This document shows, one piece after another, positions 44,802 to 54,383 of a stretch of 59,253 nucleotides of DNA. This DNA comes from Gemmatimonadota bacterium (GTDB lineage: Bacteria > Gemmatimonadota > Gemmatimonadetes > Longimicrobiales > Gaopeijiaceae). The position numbers and the translations under genes are program-made. Numbering within the stretch: position 1 is the stretch's first letter; every line of letters begins with the position of its first letter. The notes beneath the pieces were generated by a model that worked only from the letters and a program-made list of their open reading frames with translations, searched no databases and was not told the DNA's origin. The stretch is from positions 1 to 59,253 of the forward strand of contig SLFU01000209.1 of NCBI GenBank assembly GCA_007124095.1, read 5' to 3'.

Positions 44802-46634
44802 ATGAGACTCTCGATGCTGCCTCGCCATGAGCCCACCGTGCGGCCAGCTGCCTGGTCTGGCTGTCTGATGCTGGCCGCCGGCCTGTGTTTCTCCACTGCT
44901 CCCGGGGCGGCCCAGTCGGGCTTCACGCCCGGGGGCGACGATGACCCCCGCGTCGGACTCGCCGCCGGATGGCACGATGCGGAAGAGGCGAGCTGGAACA
45001 TGGAGCTCCTCGCAAGCCAACGAAGGCCCGACGACTTCCGGAATCCGGAGACCCCAGGGGACGGCGGGTTCTCCAACACCGACATCGGCTTCCAGGACGA
45101 CCTCGTCTTCGTGGGCAACTACCACGGGTTCACCGTCTACGACATCTCCGACCCGAAGAACCCGGAGCTGAGGGCCTCGGTCGTCTGCCCCGGGGGACAG
45201 GGCGACCTCTCCGTGTTCGGGGACCTCGTGTTCATCTCGGCCCAAGAAAACCGGGGGCGTGTGGACTGCGGCACCCAGGGGACCGAGGGAACCGTCGACC
45301 CCGATCGGTTTCGGGGGGTGCGAGTCTTCGACATCAGCGATCTCGACAACCCCGTCCAGGTCGCGGCCGTGCAGACCTGCCGCGGGTCCCACACCCACAC
45401 CGTGGTCACCGACCCGAGCGATCCGGAGACGATCTACATATACAATTCCGGCACGAGCTTCGTCCGATCAGCCGAGGAGCTCGAAGGCTGCACCGACGTG
45501 CGAAACCCGAACGACCCCACGACCTCCTTCTGGAGCATCGATGTCATCCGGGTGCCCCTCGCCGCCCCGGAGCAAGCGCACCTCATCGACTCACCTCGCG
45601 TCTTCGCCGACGAGGAGACCGGAGAGATCGCCGCGCTCTGGCCCGGTGGGGACCACGGGGAGGGCACGCAGAGCTCCCGCGACACAAACCAGTGCCATGA
45701 CATCACGGCCTATCCCGAGATCGGGCTGGCGGCAGGGGCGTGCTCGGGCAACGGGATCCTCTTCGACATCTCGACCCCCGCCATCCCCGTCCGGATGAAT
45801 GAGGTCGTCGACCCGAATTTCGCCTACTGGCACTCGGCTACGTTCAACAACGATGGGACCAAGGTGATCTTCACCGACGAGTGGGGCGGGGGAAGCGCGC
45901 CCCGCTGCCTCGCGACCGATCGGCCCGAGTGGGGAGCTAACGCGATCTTCGATATCGTCGACGGACGGATGCAGCTCGCCAGCTACTACAAGCTTCCGGC
46001 TCCCCAGACCGAAACCGAGAACTGCGTGGCGCACAACGGATCGCTCGTCCCGGTACCGGGGCGGGACATCAAGGTCCAGGCGTGGTATCAGGGGGGAATA
46101 TCGGTCTTCGACTTCACCGACTCGGAGAATCCGTACGAGATCGCCTTCTTCGATCGCGGTCCCCTGAGCGAGACGGAGCTCTTCACGGGAGGCTTTTGGT
46201 CCGCCTACTGGTACAACGGTCAGATCTACGGTTCGGAGATCTCACGGGGGCTCGATGTCTTCGAGCTGACCCCGAGCGAGCACCTATCGGAGAACGAGAT
46301 CGCCGCAGCGAATCTGGTTCGATTCTCCGAGTTCAACCCCCAGCACCAGCCCAGAAACGTCTGGCCTCCCGAGATGGTGGTTGCGCGCGCCTACTACGAC
46401 CAGCTGCTCCGGCACGACGGCCTCCTACAGGATCGAGCCGCCGTGGTGGCCACGGAGCTCGACCGGATCGACGGCCTCCCGGTGGGAACAGAAGCCCGGG
46501 CGGCCCTGGCCGAGCTGGCCACGGAACTCTGGGAAGACGCCCGTAGGGTCGATGCGGGCGAAGAGGTCGGCGACGCGGAGCGCATCCGGACCCTCGCAGG
46601 AGCCCTCCTCGACGTGGCGACGACGATGCGTTGA
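44802..46634 (+). CDS. secreted LVIVD-repeat (beta-propeller) protein
   Basis: A signal peptide follows MRLSMLP. Repeats fit the LVIVD pattern: DLVFVGNYHGFTVYDISDPKNP, DLVFISAQE..GVRVFDISDLDNP. The first 99 codons of track ORF 44505.. overlap the DUF305 gene and were dropped. Confidence 0.65.
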   Translation: MRLSMLPRHEPTVRPAAWSGCLMLAAGLCFSTAPGAAQSGFTPGGDDDPRVGLAAGWHDAEEASWNMELLASQRRPDDFRNPETPGDGGFSNTDIGFQDDLVFVGNYHGFTVYDISDPKNPELRASVVCPGGQGDLSVFGDLVFISAQENRGRVDCGTQGTEGTVDPDRFRGVRVFDISDLDNPVQVAAVQTCRGSHTHTVVTDPSDPETIYIYNSGTSFVRSAEELEGCTDVRNPNDPTTSFWSIDVIRVPLAAPEQAHLIDSPRVFADEETGEIAALWPGGDHGEGTQSSRDTNQCHDITAYPEIGLAAGACSGNGILFDISTPAIPVRMNEVVDPNFAYWHSATFNNDGTKVIFTDEWGGGSAPRCLATDRPEWGANAIFDIVDGRMQLASYYKLPAPQTETENCVAHNGSLVPVPGRDIKVQAWYQGGISVFDFTDSENPYEIAFFDRGPLSETELFTGGFWSAYWYNGQIYGSEISRGLDVFELTPSEHLSENEIAAANLVRFSEFNPQHQPRNVWPPEMVVARAYYDQLLRHDGLLQDRAAVVATELDRIDGLPVGTEARAALAELATELWEDARRVDAGEEVGDAERIRTLAGALLDVATTMR

Positions 46635-46751
46635 CGGGGTCAGTGGGGAGAGGCCAGTCCGCCCCATCGGACGGTTCGAGTGGACACGGCACCATGACGA
46701 GACCTATTGTGGGACGAAGCCCCCCCTCAGTGACGTGGAGATGCGATCCCG

Positions 46752-48005
46752 ATGGAATGGAGTCGTAGCATGATTCGTGAACGTACACCCTTCCCCACTT
46801 CTGCCTTGGTCCCGGTCCTGCTCGCCGTCTTCGCGAGTCCCGCCGCGGCCCAGGCTCCGGTCATTGACCGATCCGATGACTCCGAGGTCGTCTACCGATC
46901 GGAGAGCGTCGGAGAGTATCGCGTGGTCACTGTGGTCCACGAGCTTCAGGATCCCTGGTCAATGACCTGGCTTCCGAACGGCGATATGCTGGTCACCGAA
47001 AAGCCCGGCCGCCTCCGGGTCGTCCGGGACGGGGTGCTCCAGCCCGACCCGATCGGCGGAGTTCCGGAGGTCCACCATGTTGGGCAGGGCGGACTCCTCG
47101 ACGTGGCGCTCCACCCCGACTTTAACTCCAATCAACTCCTCTATCTCAGCTACTCGAAACCGAACGCGGACGGAAGCCAGGCCACCACCGCCGTCGTGCG
47201 CGGGCGGCTGGAAGGGGGCCTCCTCCACGATGTGGAGGAGGTCTTCGAGGCGCAGGCATGGAGCGACGCGGGGGGACACTTCGGCTCTCGGCTAGTCTTC
47301 GATCGGGACGGCTTCCTCTTCATCACGGTGGGTGACCGAACTCCGAGCTCGATGACGCCGAACATTCCCCGGGAGGAGCACCCCGCCCAGGACCTCACAA
47401 ACCACCAGGGAACCACCGTCCGACTCCACGACGACGGACGGGTTCCGTCAGACAACCCTTTCGTCGGCGAGGCCGCCGCCCTTCCGGAAATCTGGAGCTA
47501 CGGGCACCGCAATCCCCAGGGCATGGCCGTCCACCCGGAAACCGGGGATCTCTGGCAGACCGAGCACGGCCCCCAGGGAGGCGATGAGCTGAACCTCATC
47601 CTCCCGGGGCGAAACTACGGATGGCCCGTCATCGGGTACGGAGTCCACTACGGTGGCACCCCCATCCACGAAGGCACCCACCGCGAGGGCATGGAGCAGC
47701 CAGTCTGGTATTGGACCCCCTCCATCGCCACCTCGGGGCTCGCCGTGTACATGGGTGACCGGTTCCCCGATTGGCGAGGGAGCCTCCTCGCCGGTGGACT
47801 CGCCGGGCAACGGATCGAGCGGGTCCCGGTCGCGGAGGAGGGAGAAGGGTATCGGGCAGGCCGTCTCGAGCGGCCGGGCCTCCTCATGGGCTTCGGACGA
47901 GTCCGGGACGTCCGCGAGGGCCCGGACGGCTACGTTTACGTGGCCATCGACGACCGGACCTTCGGGGCTCCGACCCCGATCGTGCGCCTCGAGCCGGTGG
48001 ACTGA
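46752..48005 (+). CDS. PQQ-dependent sugar dehydrogenase, copy 2 (paralog of 35885..37084)
   Basis: It carries the same motif set as copy 1 (LQDPWSMTWLPNGDMLVTEK, GGLLDVALHPDF, SYGHRNPQGM, EHGPQGGDELN, GRNYGWP) and aligns colinearly along the whole length. Confidence 0.88.
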   Translation: MEWSRSMIRERTPFPTSALVPVLLAVFASPAAAQAPVIDRSDDSEVVYRSESVGEYRVVTVVHELQDPWSMTWLPNGDMLVTEKPGRLRVVRDGVLQPDPIGGVPEVHHVGQGGLLDVALHPDFNSNQLLYLSYSKPNADGSQATTAVVRGRLEGGLLHDVEEVFEAQAWSDAGGHFGSRLVFDRDGFLFITVGDRTPSSMTPNIPREEHPAQDLTNHQGTTVRLHDDGRVPSDNPFVGEAAALPEIWSYGHRNPQGMAVHPETGDLWQTEHGPQGGDELNLILPGRNYGWPVIGYGVHYGGTPIHEGTHREGMEQPVWYWTPSIATSGLAVYMGDRFPDWRGSLLAGGLAGQRIERVPVAEEGEGYRAGRLERPGLLMGFGRVRDVREGPDGYVYVAIDDRTFGAPTPIVRLEPVD

Positions 48006-48031
48006 CGCGAGGGGGAGGACCTCGACTGGAA

Positions 48032-48937
48032 TCAGGCGCGGATCCGCAGCCGCGTGCCCCAGGGATCTCTGGCCACCCCGTCGGGGACCCCACCCTCGAC
48101 GGGGTGGCCCGCGCTCTTCAGACTCGCGTGGACCTCGCCCACGTGCTCGGGAGAGGGAAGGCAGAGTTCCCACTCGAGGAGTCGAGCCTCGTCCTCCCCG
48201 GCCGGCTCCCCGCCCGGAGCCCAGGTATTCAGGCCCAGATGGTGGTGATAGCCGCCCGCCGATAGGAAGAGAGCGCCGGGATAGCTCCACACCGTCTTGT
48301 CGAGTCCAAGCGCCTGGTGATAATAAGCCTCGGCCCGCGCGAGGTCGCCCACGTGCAGGTGGATGTGCCCAATCCCCGTTCCCTCGGGCATCCCCCCCCA
48401 CGGCTCGCCCCTCGCCTCGCGCAGGAGGTCAGCCAGGTCCAGGGGATCGGTGGCCATGACGAGCTGGCCCCCCTCATGGCGCCACGACGAGCGAGGGCGG
48501 TCCGCGTAGACCTCGATGCCGAGCCCGTCCGGGTCGTGTAGATAGAAGGCCTCGCTCACCCGGTGGTCCGATGCACCGGCCCCAACGCCGCGCTCCGCGA
48601 GGTGGGCAGCGAACCGGGCGAGTGCTCGGCGATCCGGAAGGAGGATCGCGAAGTGGTAGAGCCCAAGCCGTCCCCGCCGGGGGACGGGCGCGGCACCCGC
48701 CCGCTCGTGGAGCTCGACCAGCGCTGCCCCGTCCCCCGGTGTACCGAGGAGGGCGGCTTGACCTCCGCCACCTTCGATGGTTCGAAGTCCGAGGACCTCC
48801 TCGTAGTAGTTCACCGAACGTCCCAGGTCCGCCACCTGCAACCGCACCCGTCCCAGGTGGGTCCCCGGGGGAAGGCGATAGCCCTCCGGAGCGATTCCGA
48901 ACGGCGACGGAGGCGACCGCGATTCGGGTTCACTCAC
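48032..48937 (-). CDS. two-domain VOC-family ring-cleaving dioxygenase / glyoxalase-like protein
   Basis: Tandem VOC modules: LGRVRLQVADLGRSVNYYEEVLGL and IGHIHLHVGDLARAEAYYHQALGL. Confidence 0.75.
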   Translation of the reverse strand: MSEPESRSPPSPFGIAPEGYRLPPGTHLGRVRLQVADLGRSVNYYEEVLGLRTIEGGGGQAALLGTPGDGAALVELHERAGAAPVPRRGRLGLYHFAILLPDRRALARFAAHLAERGVGAGASDHRVSEAFYLHDPDGLGIEVYADRPRSSWRHEGGQLVMATDPLDLADLLREARGEPWGGMPEGTGIGHIHLHVGDLARAEAYYHQALGLDKTVWSYPGALFLSAGGYHHHLGLNTWAPGGEPAGEDEARLLEWELCLPSPEHVGEVHASLKSAGHPVEGGVPDGVARDPWGTRLRIRA

Positions 48938-48991
48938 GATCCACTCCCAGCTGAACGAGGCGGCATTGATGGCACGCGCGCGAGAACTCCT

Positions 48992-51340
48992 TCAGCCTCC
49001 GGGCTGTAACGTCAGGGAATGCACCGCCCGACTCTCCACCGCCTCGCGGCTGAAGAGCACGGGCATGTACTCCCCGCTCGCCAGGGTTTCCCGGGCGTTG
49101 GCGTAGAAGGGGCTCCCGAGCTGACCGGACTGGCCCGGCGAGTTGATCCAAATGGAGTTGTCGATGTCGGAAAGGTCGACGATGCGCCGGAAATTGGCCC
49201 CGGTGGCGTTCAGGGTGCCGAATCCGCCCGGTCGCTCGATCGGGGGCAAATCGAACTCCGATGCGAGCATGTGGGAGAATTCGCTCGTGTGAATGCGTCC
49301 GTAGCGCCACTCGGACCAATCCCCTCCCCACTCCCCCGTCAGCCGGTCGATCGCCTCCCGGAGCCCGGACTCGACGATGCTGCGGCGCTCGTCCTCAGGT
49401 GAGGCCGAGTCAAGGGCGGCCTCGTCGACCGCGGCCGTCCACCGAACGTAGATCGCTCCGGCCGTGGTCTCGGCGGAGAGGACTGCGTCCCACCCCTGGA
49501 TCAACTCCCGAGCGCGCTCCACCTCCGGATCGTCTGAGGTCCAGCCTTGGAAGAGGGGGAGATCGCGCTCGGCCTGCAACGAGTACGAGTCGTGTTGAAT
49601 TCTCCCGTGCTCCTCGACCGTGGTGTTCTCGGCTTCGTCGAGGAGTTGACGAAGCCGGACGATCCGGGAGGTCTCGGCCCCGATGCTCGAGTGGTAGAAG
49701 ACCGGTCGCCCCTCGTAGTCGTCCGGGTGGACGTTGTTGTTCGCAGTGGCGACGTACCCGCGCTCGGGATTCATTTCTCGCGGAAGGTCGGAGCGAAAGC
49801 CCGTCCACTCGTAGCGCCCGTCGCCAGGTACCGGAAGGCGGCCGTTCCAGCCGTCCCGATCCGGCGTCAGTCCGGAAACCTGGAGCGCTATGTTGCCGTC
49901 CGCGTCCCCGCACACCAGGCTGTGCGTCGGGACCCTCCAGGACATCGCCCGATCGAAGAAGTCGGTGCAACTCGTCGCCTGGGCGAGAGCGAAGTTTCCG
50001 AAATACGGCGCCGTTCCGGGCTCCTGGTTCACAGACCGTACAGCGAAGGCGCGCCGGTTCTCGAGGTCCTCATAGAAGATCGGGCCATTCCGGCTGAACT
50101 TGAGTTCGACGGTCCGAGGGGTGTCTTCCCCCTTCACCCAAATCTCCTCGGTTATCACCTCGATCGGCACCCAGCCGTCCCGCCAGCGGGTCTGCCCGGG
50201 ATCGTCCGGGTGGAGCTCCTCGACGAAGAGGTCCACCATGTCCGTGCCGGCGTAGGTGAACCCCCAGGCCATCGTCTCGTTGTTCCCGGAGTGGACTCCG
50301 ACGAAGGGAGGCTCGCCGCCACCGAAGAGGTGCCACTCCGGCGCATTCAAGTGCACGAAGTAGCGGAGAGCCGGCATCTCGACACGCCGATGTGGATCGT
50401 TCGCGAGAATCGGGACGCCCGACTCGGTGCGCGATCCACTCACGACCCAGTTGTTGCTCCCGGCATCCATCGGATTCCAGGGGGCTGAGAGTCGAGCCGT
50501 CTGCACCTCGGAGACCAGAGCGGAATAGGGCTCGATGACCTCCAGATCGGGAAGGCGGTCGCCGTCGAAGGGATCTGCGTCCCCCGCCCGTGCGGCATCG
50601 AGAAGCTCGTCCGTGAAGAGGCTCAGGTCGAGCCCCTCTGGCACCACGAGATCGTCCCACGGATCAGGTGCAGCACGGCGGTTCGCCTCCTCTACGCCCA
50701 GGCGTGCCACATCCATCGCGAGTTGGATCTCTTGGATCGCGTTTCCCCGGACGCTCGGGAGAGCGATCTGCGCCCAGCGCAACACCACCGTCTCGGCCGT
50801 CCACGGATCAGGACGGATGCCGGTCAGCTGAAACTCCACGGGGAGGTTGTCGGCGTTCTGCTCGATGAAGGCGTTCACCCCGTTCGCGTAGGCCGTGAAG
50901 ATCCGTACGGCCTCAGGATGGTAGCTCGTCCACTCGGTTTCGTCGAAGGGCCCCCGGAACATCAGGAGGCGCGCACGCTCGTCGTACTCGACCGCGGCGG
51001 GTCCGTAGATCTCGGCGAGTCGGCCCTCCCGCCAGTGACGCCACAGGTCCATCTGCCAGAGCCTGTCCTGGGCCATTACGAAGCCCTGGGCGAAGAAGAG
51101 ATCGTCCGTGTTCCCAGCGTAGATGTGGGGCACCCCCCGCTCATCTCGGATCACCTCGACCGGTTCGCGGAGTCCGGAGAGGGTGACCTCACCGTCGATC
51201 TGGGCAAGGACGGAGGCCGCCAGCTCCTCGAGCGAGTCGTACTCCCCGGGGCCTCCGGCGGGCGCCTCCGCACAGCCGAACACCAGGAGCACCGCGACGA
51301 CGCCCGGCCAGAGTGTGGAAATCGGGTGACGAGGCGTCAT
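48992..51340 (-). CDS. penicillin acylase / acyl-homoserine-lactone acylase family Ntn hydrolase
   Basis: GVPHIYA, FAQGFVMAQDRLWQMD, and the nucleophile context AGSNNWVVSG. Lipoprotein-like signal LLVFGC. I prefer the start MTPRHP at 51340. Confidence 0.85.
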   Translation of the reverse strand: MTPRHPISTLWPGVVAVLLVFGCAEAPAGGPGEYDSLEELAASVLAQIDGEVTLSGLREPVEVIRDERGVPHIYAGNTDDLFFAQGFVMAQDRLWQMDLWRHWREGRLAEIYGPAAVEYDERARLLMFRGPFDETEWTSYHPEAVRIFTAYANGVNAFIEQNADNLPVEFQLTGIRPDPWTAETVVLRWAQIALPSVRGNAIQEIQLAMDVARLGVEEANRRAAPDPWDDLVVPEGLDLSLFTDELLDAARAGDADPFDGDRLPDLEVIEPYSALVSEVQTARLSAPWNPMDAGSNNWVVSGSRTESGVPILANDPHRRVEMPALRYFVHLNAPEWHLFGGGEPPFVGVHSGNNETMAWGFTYAGTDMVDLFVEELHPDDPGQTRWRDGWVPIEVITEEIWVKGEDTPRTVELKFSRNGPIFYEDLENRRAFAVRSVNQEPGTAPYFGNFALAQATSCTDFFDRAMSWRVPTHSLVCGDADGNIALQVSGLTPDRDGWNGRLPVPGDGRYEWTGFRSDLPREMNPERGYVATANNNVHPDDYEGRPVFYHSSIGAETSRIVRLRQLLDEAENTTVEEHGRIQHDSYSLQAERDLPLFQGWTSDDPEVERARELIQGWDAVLSAETTAGAIYVRWTAAVDEAALDSASPEDERRSIVESGLREAIDRLTGEWGGDWSEWRYGRIHTSEFSHMLASEFDLPPIERPGGFGTLNATGANFRRIVDLSDIDNSIWINSPGQSGQLGSPFYANARETLASGEYMPVLFSREAVESRAVHSLTLQPGG

Positions 51341-51650
51341 GGGGCACTCCCGGCTGGCATTTGAGTGGCATGCACACTCCCCAGAATAGGCGGCTCTGGG
51401 GAAGGCGGCAATCGAATTCCGGAATCTGCCGCTGGCGCCCTCGAGTCCTGGATAACCGTCTACGCCGACGCCTCGTGGATCGAGACGCCGGTCGGTCCCG
51501 GGTCGCACCGTCCGTACCGCCGGAGAACTGCGCAAGGAAAAAAGTATTGTGGATGTGAGATAGGGTAGCCTAACTTACGCTTGAGGAAGGACTAAACATT
51601 GATCGATGACGACGCACCTCATCCCGACCGCCCTGGCTCCGGAGGCCGTC

Positions 51651-52334
51651 ATGTATCCGCTACTTCACCGCAGCCTTCTCCTCTCCCTCCCCATGCTCCT
51701 CACAGCCGTCGTCTCCTGCAACGGCAACGACGACCCGGCCACACCTCAGGACCCGGGATCGATTACCGGAATCGTAGTGGACGAGGAGGGTGAGGGCCTC
51801 CCCGGTGCAGGGCTGCTCGTGAGCCGCTCGGGTGAAGATGACCGGACCGCTACCTCGGGAGGGGACGGAACGTTCTCTGTCGCCAGCCTCGTGCCCGGGG
51901 GATGGATCCTCGCGGTCACACCGCCTTCCGGCTACGAAGCGGCCCCGAACCAAAGCCTGTCTCTCCAGGTGGAGGTCCCCTCGGGCGACGCTGTGGAGGT
52001 GACCATCCAGCTCCGGAGCGTGGACCCCGGAGAGAACGACGACGTCGTGGAGATCCAACTCACAGTCTCTCAGACCTTCAGCCCGGACGACGTGACCATC
52101 GAGCCCGGCACCACGGTCCGGTGGGTAAACGTCAGCAACGAGCTGCACACGGTCACCCCGGATGGGCATTCGGAGTGGGCCCGCGCCGAGCTGAGCTCTT
52201 CGGGAGAGACCTTCGAGCATACCTTCGAGACCGAGGGGGTCTTCGACTACTTCTGCGAGCCGCACCTCGCTATGGGCATGACGGGGACGATCCGGGTCGA
52301 GAGCAACGCAGACGACAACGACGAAGACCCATAG
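51651..52334 (+). CDS. lipoprotein with a carboxypeptidase-regulatory-like domain fused to a plastocyanin/azurin-type cupredoxin
   Basis: Lipobox VVSC. ITGIVVDEEGEGLPGAGLLVS fits a CarboxypepD_reg domain. The type-1 Cu ligand pattern is H(TVTP)...CEPHLAMGM. Confidence 0.8.
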   Translation: MYPLLHRSLLLSLPMLLTAVVSCNGNDDPATPQDPGSITGIVVDEEGEGLPGAGLLVSRSGEDDRTATSGGDGTFSVASLVPGGWILAVTPPSGYEAAPNQSLSLQVEVPSGDAVEVTIQLRSVDPGENDDVVEIQLTVSQTFSPDDVTIEPGTTVRWVNVSNELHTVTPDGHSEWARAELSSSGETFEHTFETEGVFDYFCEPHLAMGMTGTIRVESNADDNDEDP

Positions 52335-52382
52335 GAAGGAGGGGCGGAGGACGGGAACGGGGACGACTCGGAAGGCGGTGTC

Positions 52383-54227
52383 GTGTCTGACATTCACCAC
52401 ATGCCCTTCGGGGCGGAAGTCGGTGGGTCGGGCGTCGGATGTCGGCTCTGGGCCCCTGATGCATCAGAGGTGAGCCTGGAACTGGCAACCGCAGTCGACG
52501 GAGCTGCACGCTCACTCCCCATGGCCAGAGAGCACGGGGGATGGTTCGCACTCCATGTGGAGGATGTAGGCCCGGACGCTCTCTATCGATATGGCATCGG
52601 GAATGAGCGGTCCGTCCCCGACCCTGCCTCTCGCTTCCAACCCCGGGGGGTACACGAGCCCAGCCAGGTGGTGGATCCCAGAGCCTTTCGATGGAACCAC
52701 CTCGAGTGGAAGGGCCGTCCATGGCACGAGGCCGCCATCTATGAGCTTCACGTAGGCACATTCACCGCCGCCGGCAGCTTTTCCGGTGTGGAAGATCGCC
52801 TATCACACCTCGCGAACCTGGGCGTCAGCGCCATCGAGCTCATGCCGGTGGCCGCTTTCCCCGGTGGCAGGAACTGGGGATACGACGGGGTCCTACCCTT
52901 CTCTCCCGATCACACCTACGGCTCCCCAGACTCATTGAGACGCCTGGTGGACGAGGCCCACGGCCGGGGTCTCATGGTCTTTCTGGACGTGGTCTACAAT
53001 CACTTTGGTCCCGAAGGCAACGACCTCCACTCGTACGCTCCCCAGTTCTTCACGGACCGCTTCGAGACTCCCTGGGGTGAGGCCATCGACTTCGGCTCCC
53101 GGCAGGTCCGGGACTTCTTCATCCACAACGCACTCTACTGGCTGGAGGAGTTCCGTATCGACGGACTGCGCCTCGATGCCGTCCATGCCATCCGGGACGA
53201 GAGCCCGGTTCACATCCTGGACGAGCTGGCCGACTCGGTGCACGAGCGGTTCTCCGGAAAGCGACACGTGCACCTGGTGCTGGAGAACGGACGAAACGAG
53301 GCCCGCTATCTGTCCCGCAGGGACGGTGGCGCGCCCTCCCGCTACGCGGCTCAGTGGAACGACGACTTTCACCATGCGGCCCACGTGGTGGCCACGAGCG
53401 AGGATGGCGGCTACTACGGGTCTTACGTGGACGCGCCCCTTCGCCACCTGGGACGCTGTCTGGCCGAGGGCTTCGCATTCCAGGGAGATCCCTACCCCTA
53501 CTGGGATGGTCGCCCCCGGGAAGAGCCCATCGACCACCTGCCTCCCACCGCCTTCGTGACCTTCCTGCAAAACCACGACCAAGTGGGCAACCGAGCCATG
53601 GGCGAGCGCCTCAGCGAGCTGGCCGACTCCCGGGTGCTGGATGCACTCTTGACCATCCTCCTGCTCGCTCCCTTTCCTCCGCTACTTTTCATGGGAGAAG
53701 AATGGGCCGCGCCTGAACCTTTCCTCTTCTTCTGCGATTTTGGCGAGGAGCTGGCCGACCACGTCCGCGAGGGTCGGCGACGGGAATTCTCCGGGTTTCC
53801 GGGCTTCGGGGACCCCGCCGCGCACGAGCGAATTCCGGACCCGAATGCGAAACAGACCTTTCTCCGCTCCGTTTTGGACTGGGATCACCGGGAACGCGGA
53901 CCCCACAGGCGGCGACTCACCCAATGCCGGAACCTTCTGGCATTGCGCCGCCGGAAAATCGTCCCCCTCCTGTCCGGGCTGTCCCGAGGGCGCTCCGACT
54001 GGAGTCGCTTTGGTGCGACGGGGCTCGACGTGCGCTGGTCCCTGGCTGAGCAGTCCGGCCTGTGCCTCTTGGCCAACCTGGGCGATGGGGAAGTACGGAG
54101 GGCCCTCCCAGGGGCGGATTGGAGCTGGCTCCACGGCACTCATGGTCCCCTGACTCATCGTCCCCGTCTCGACGATTCCCCGGATCCCCTCCTGCCCCCG
54201 TGGTCTGCATCCTGGTTCGTGACGTGA
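52383..54227 (+). CDS. treZ: malto-oligosyltrehalose trehalohydrolase (GH13)
   Basis: PDPASRFQPRGVHEPSQVVD, YELHVGTFT, IELMPVAAFPGGRNWGYDGV, FLDVVYNHFGPEGN, GLRLDAVHAI, FLQNHDQVGN. Confidence 0.88.
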   Translation: MSDIHHMPFGAEVGGSGVGCRLWAPDASEVSLELATAVDGAARSLPMAREHGGWFALHVEDVGPDALYRYGIGNERSVPDPASRFQPRGVHEPSQVVDPRAFRWNHLEWKGRPWHEAAIYELHVGTFTAAGSFSGVEDRLSHLANLGVSAIELMPVAAFPGGRNWGYDGVLPFSPDHTYGSPDSLRRLVDEAHGRGLMVFLDVVYNHFGPEGNDLHSYAPQFFTDRFETPWGEAIDFGSRQVRDFFIHNALYWLEEFRIDGLRLDAVHAIRDESPVHILDELADSVHERFSGKRHVHLVLENGRNEARYLSRRDGGAPSRYAAQWNDDFHHAAHVVATSEDGGYYGSYVDAPLRHLGRCLAEGFAFQGDPYPYWDGRPREEPIDHLPPTAFVTFLQNHDQVGNRAMGERLSELADSRVLDALLTILLLAPFPPLLFMGEEWAAPEPFLFFCDFGEELADHVREGRRREFSGFPGFGDPAAHERIPDPNAKQTFLRSVLDWDHRERGPHRRRLTQCRNLLALRRRKIVPLLSGLSRGRSDWSRFGATGLDVRWSLAEQSGLCLLANLGDGEVRRALPGADWSWLHGTHGPLTHRPRLDDSPDPLLPPWSASWFVT

Positions 54228-54383
54228 CGGCGGAGGACCGGGCCCCAGCGAGCCCCAACACACCTCCTCGTAAATCGTGCGGTCCGCCTGTTATATTGAC
54301 CCGCATTTGAATACGGATGGTCCTCCCGTATCGAGCATGCTCATCGTTCGGCACGGCCATCGTATCTTCCATCAGGGTGACCC

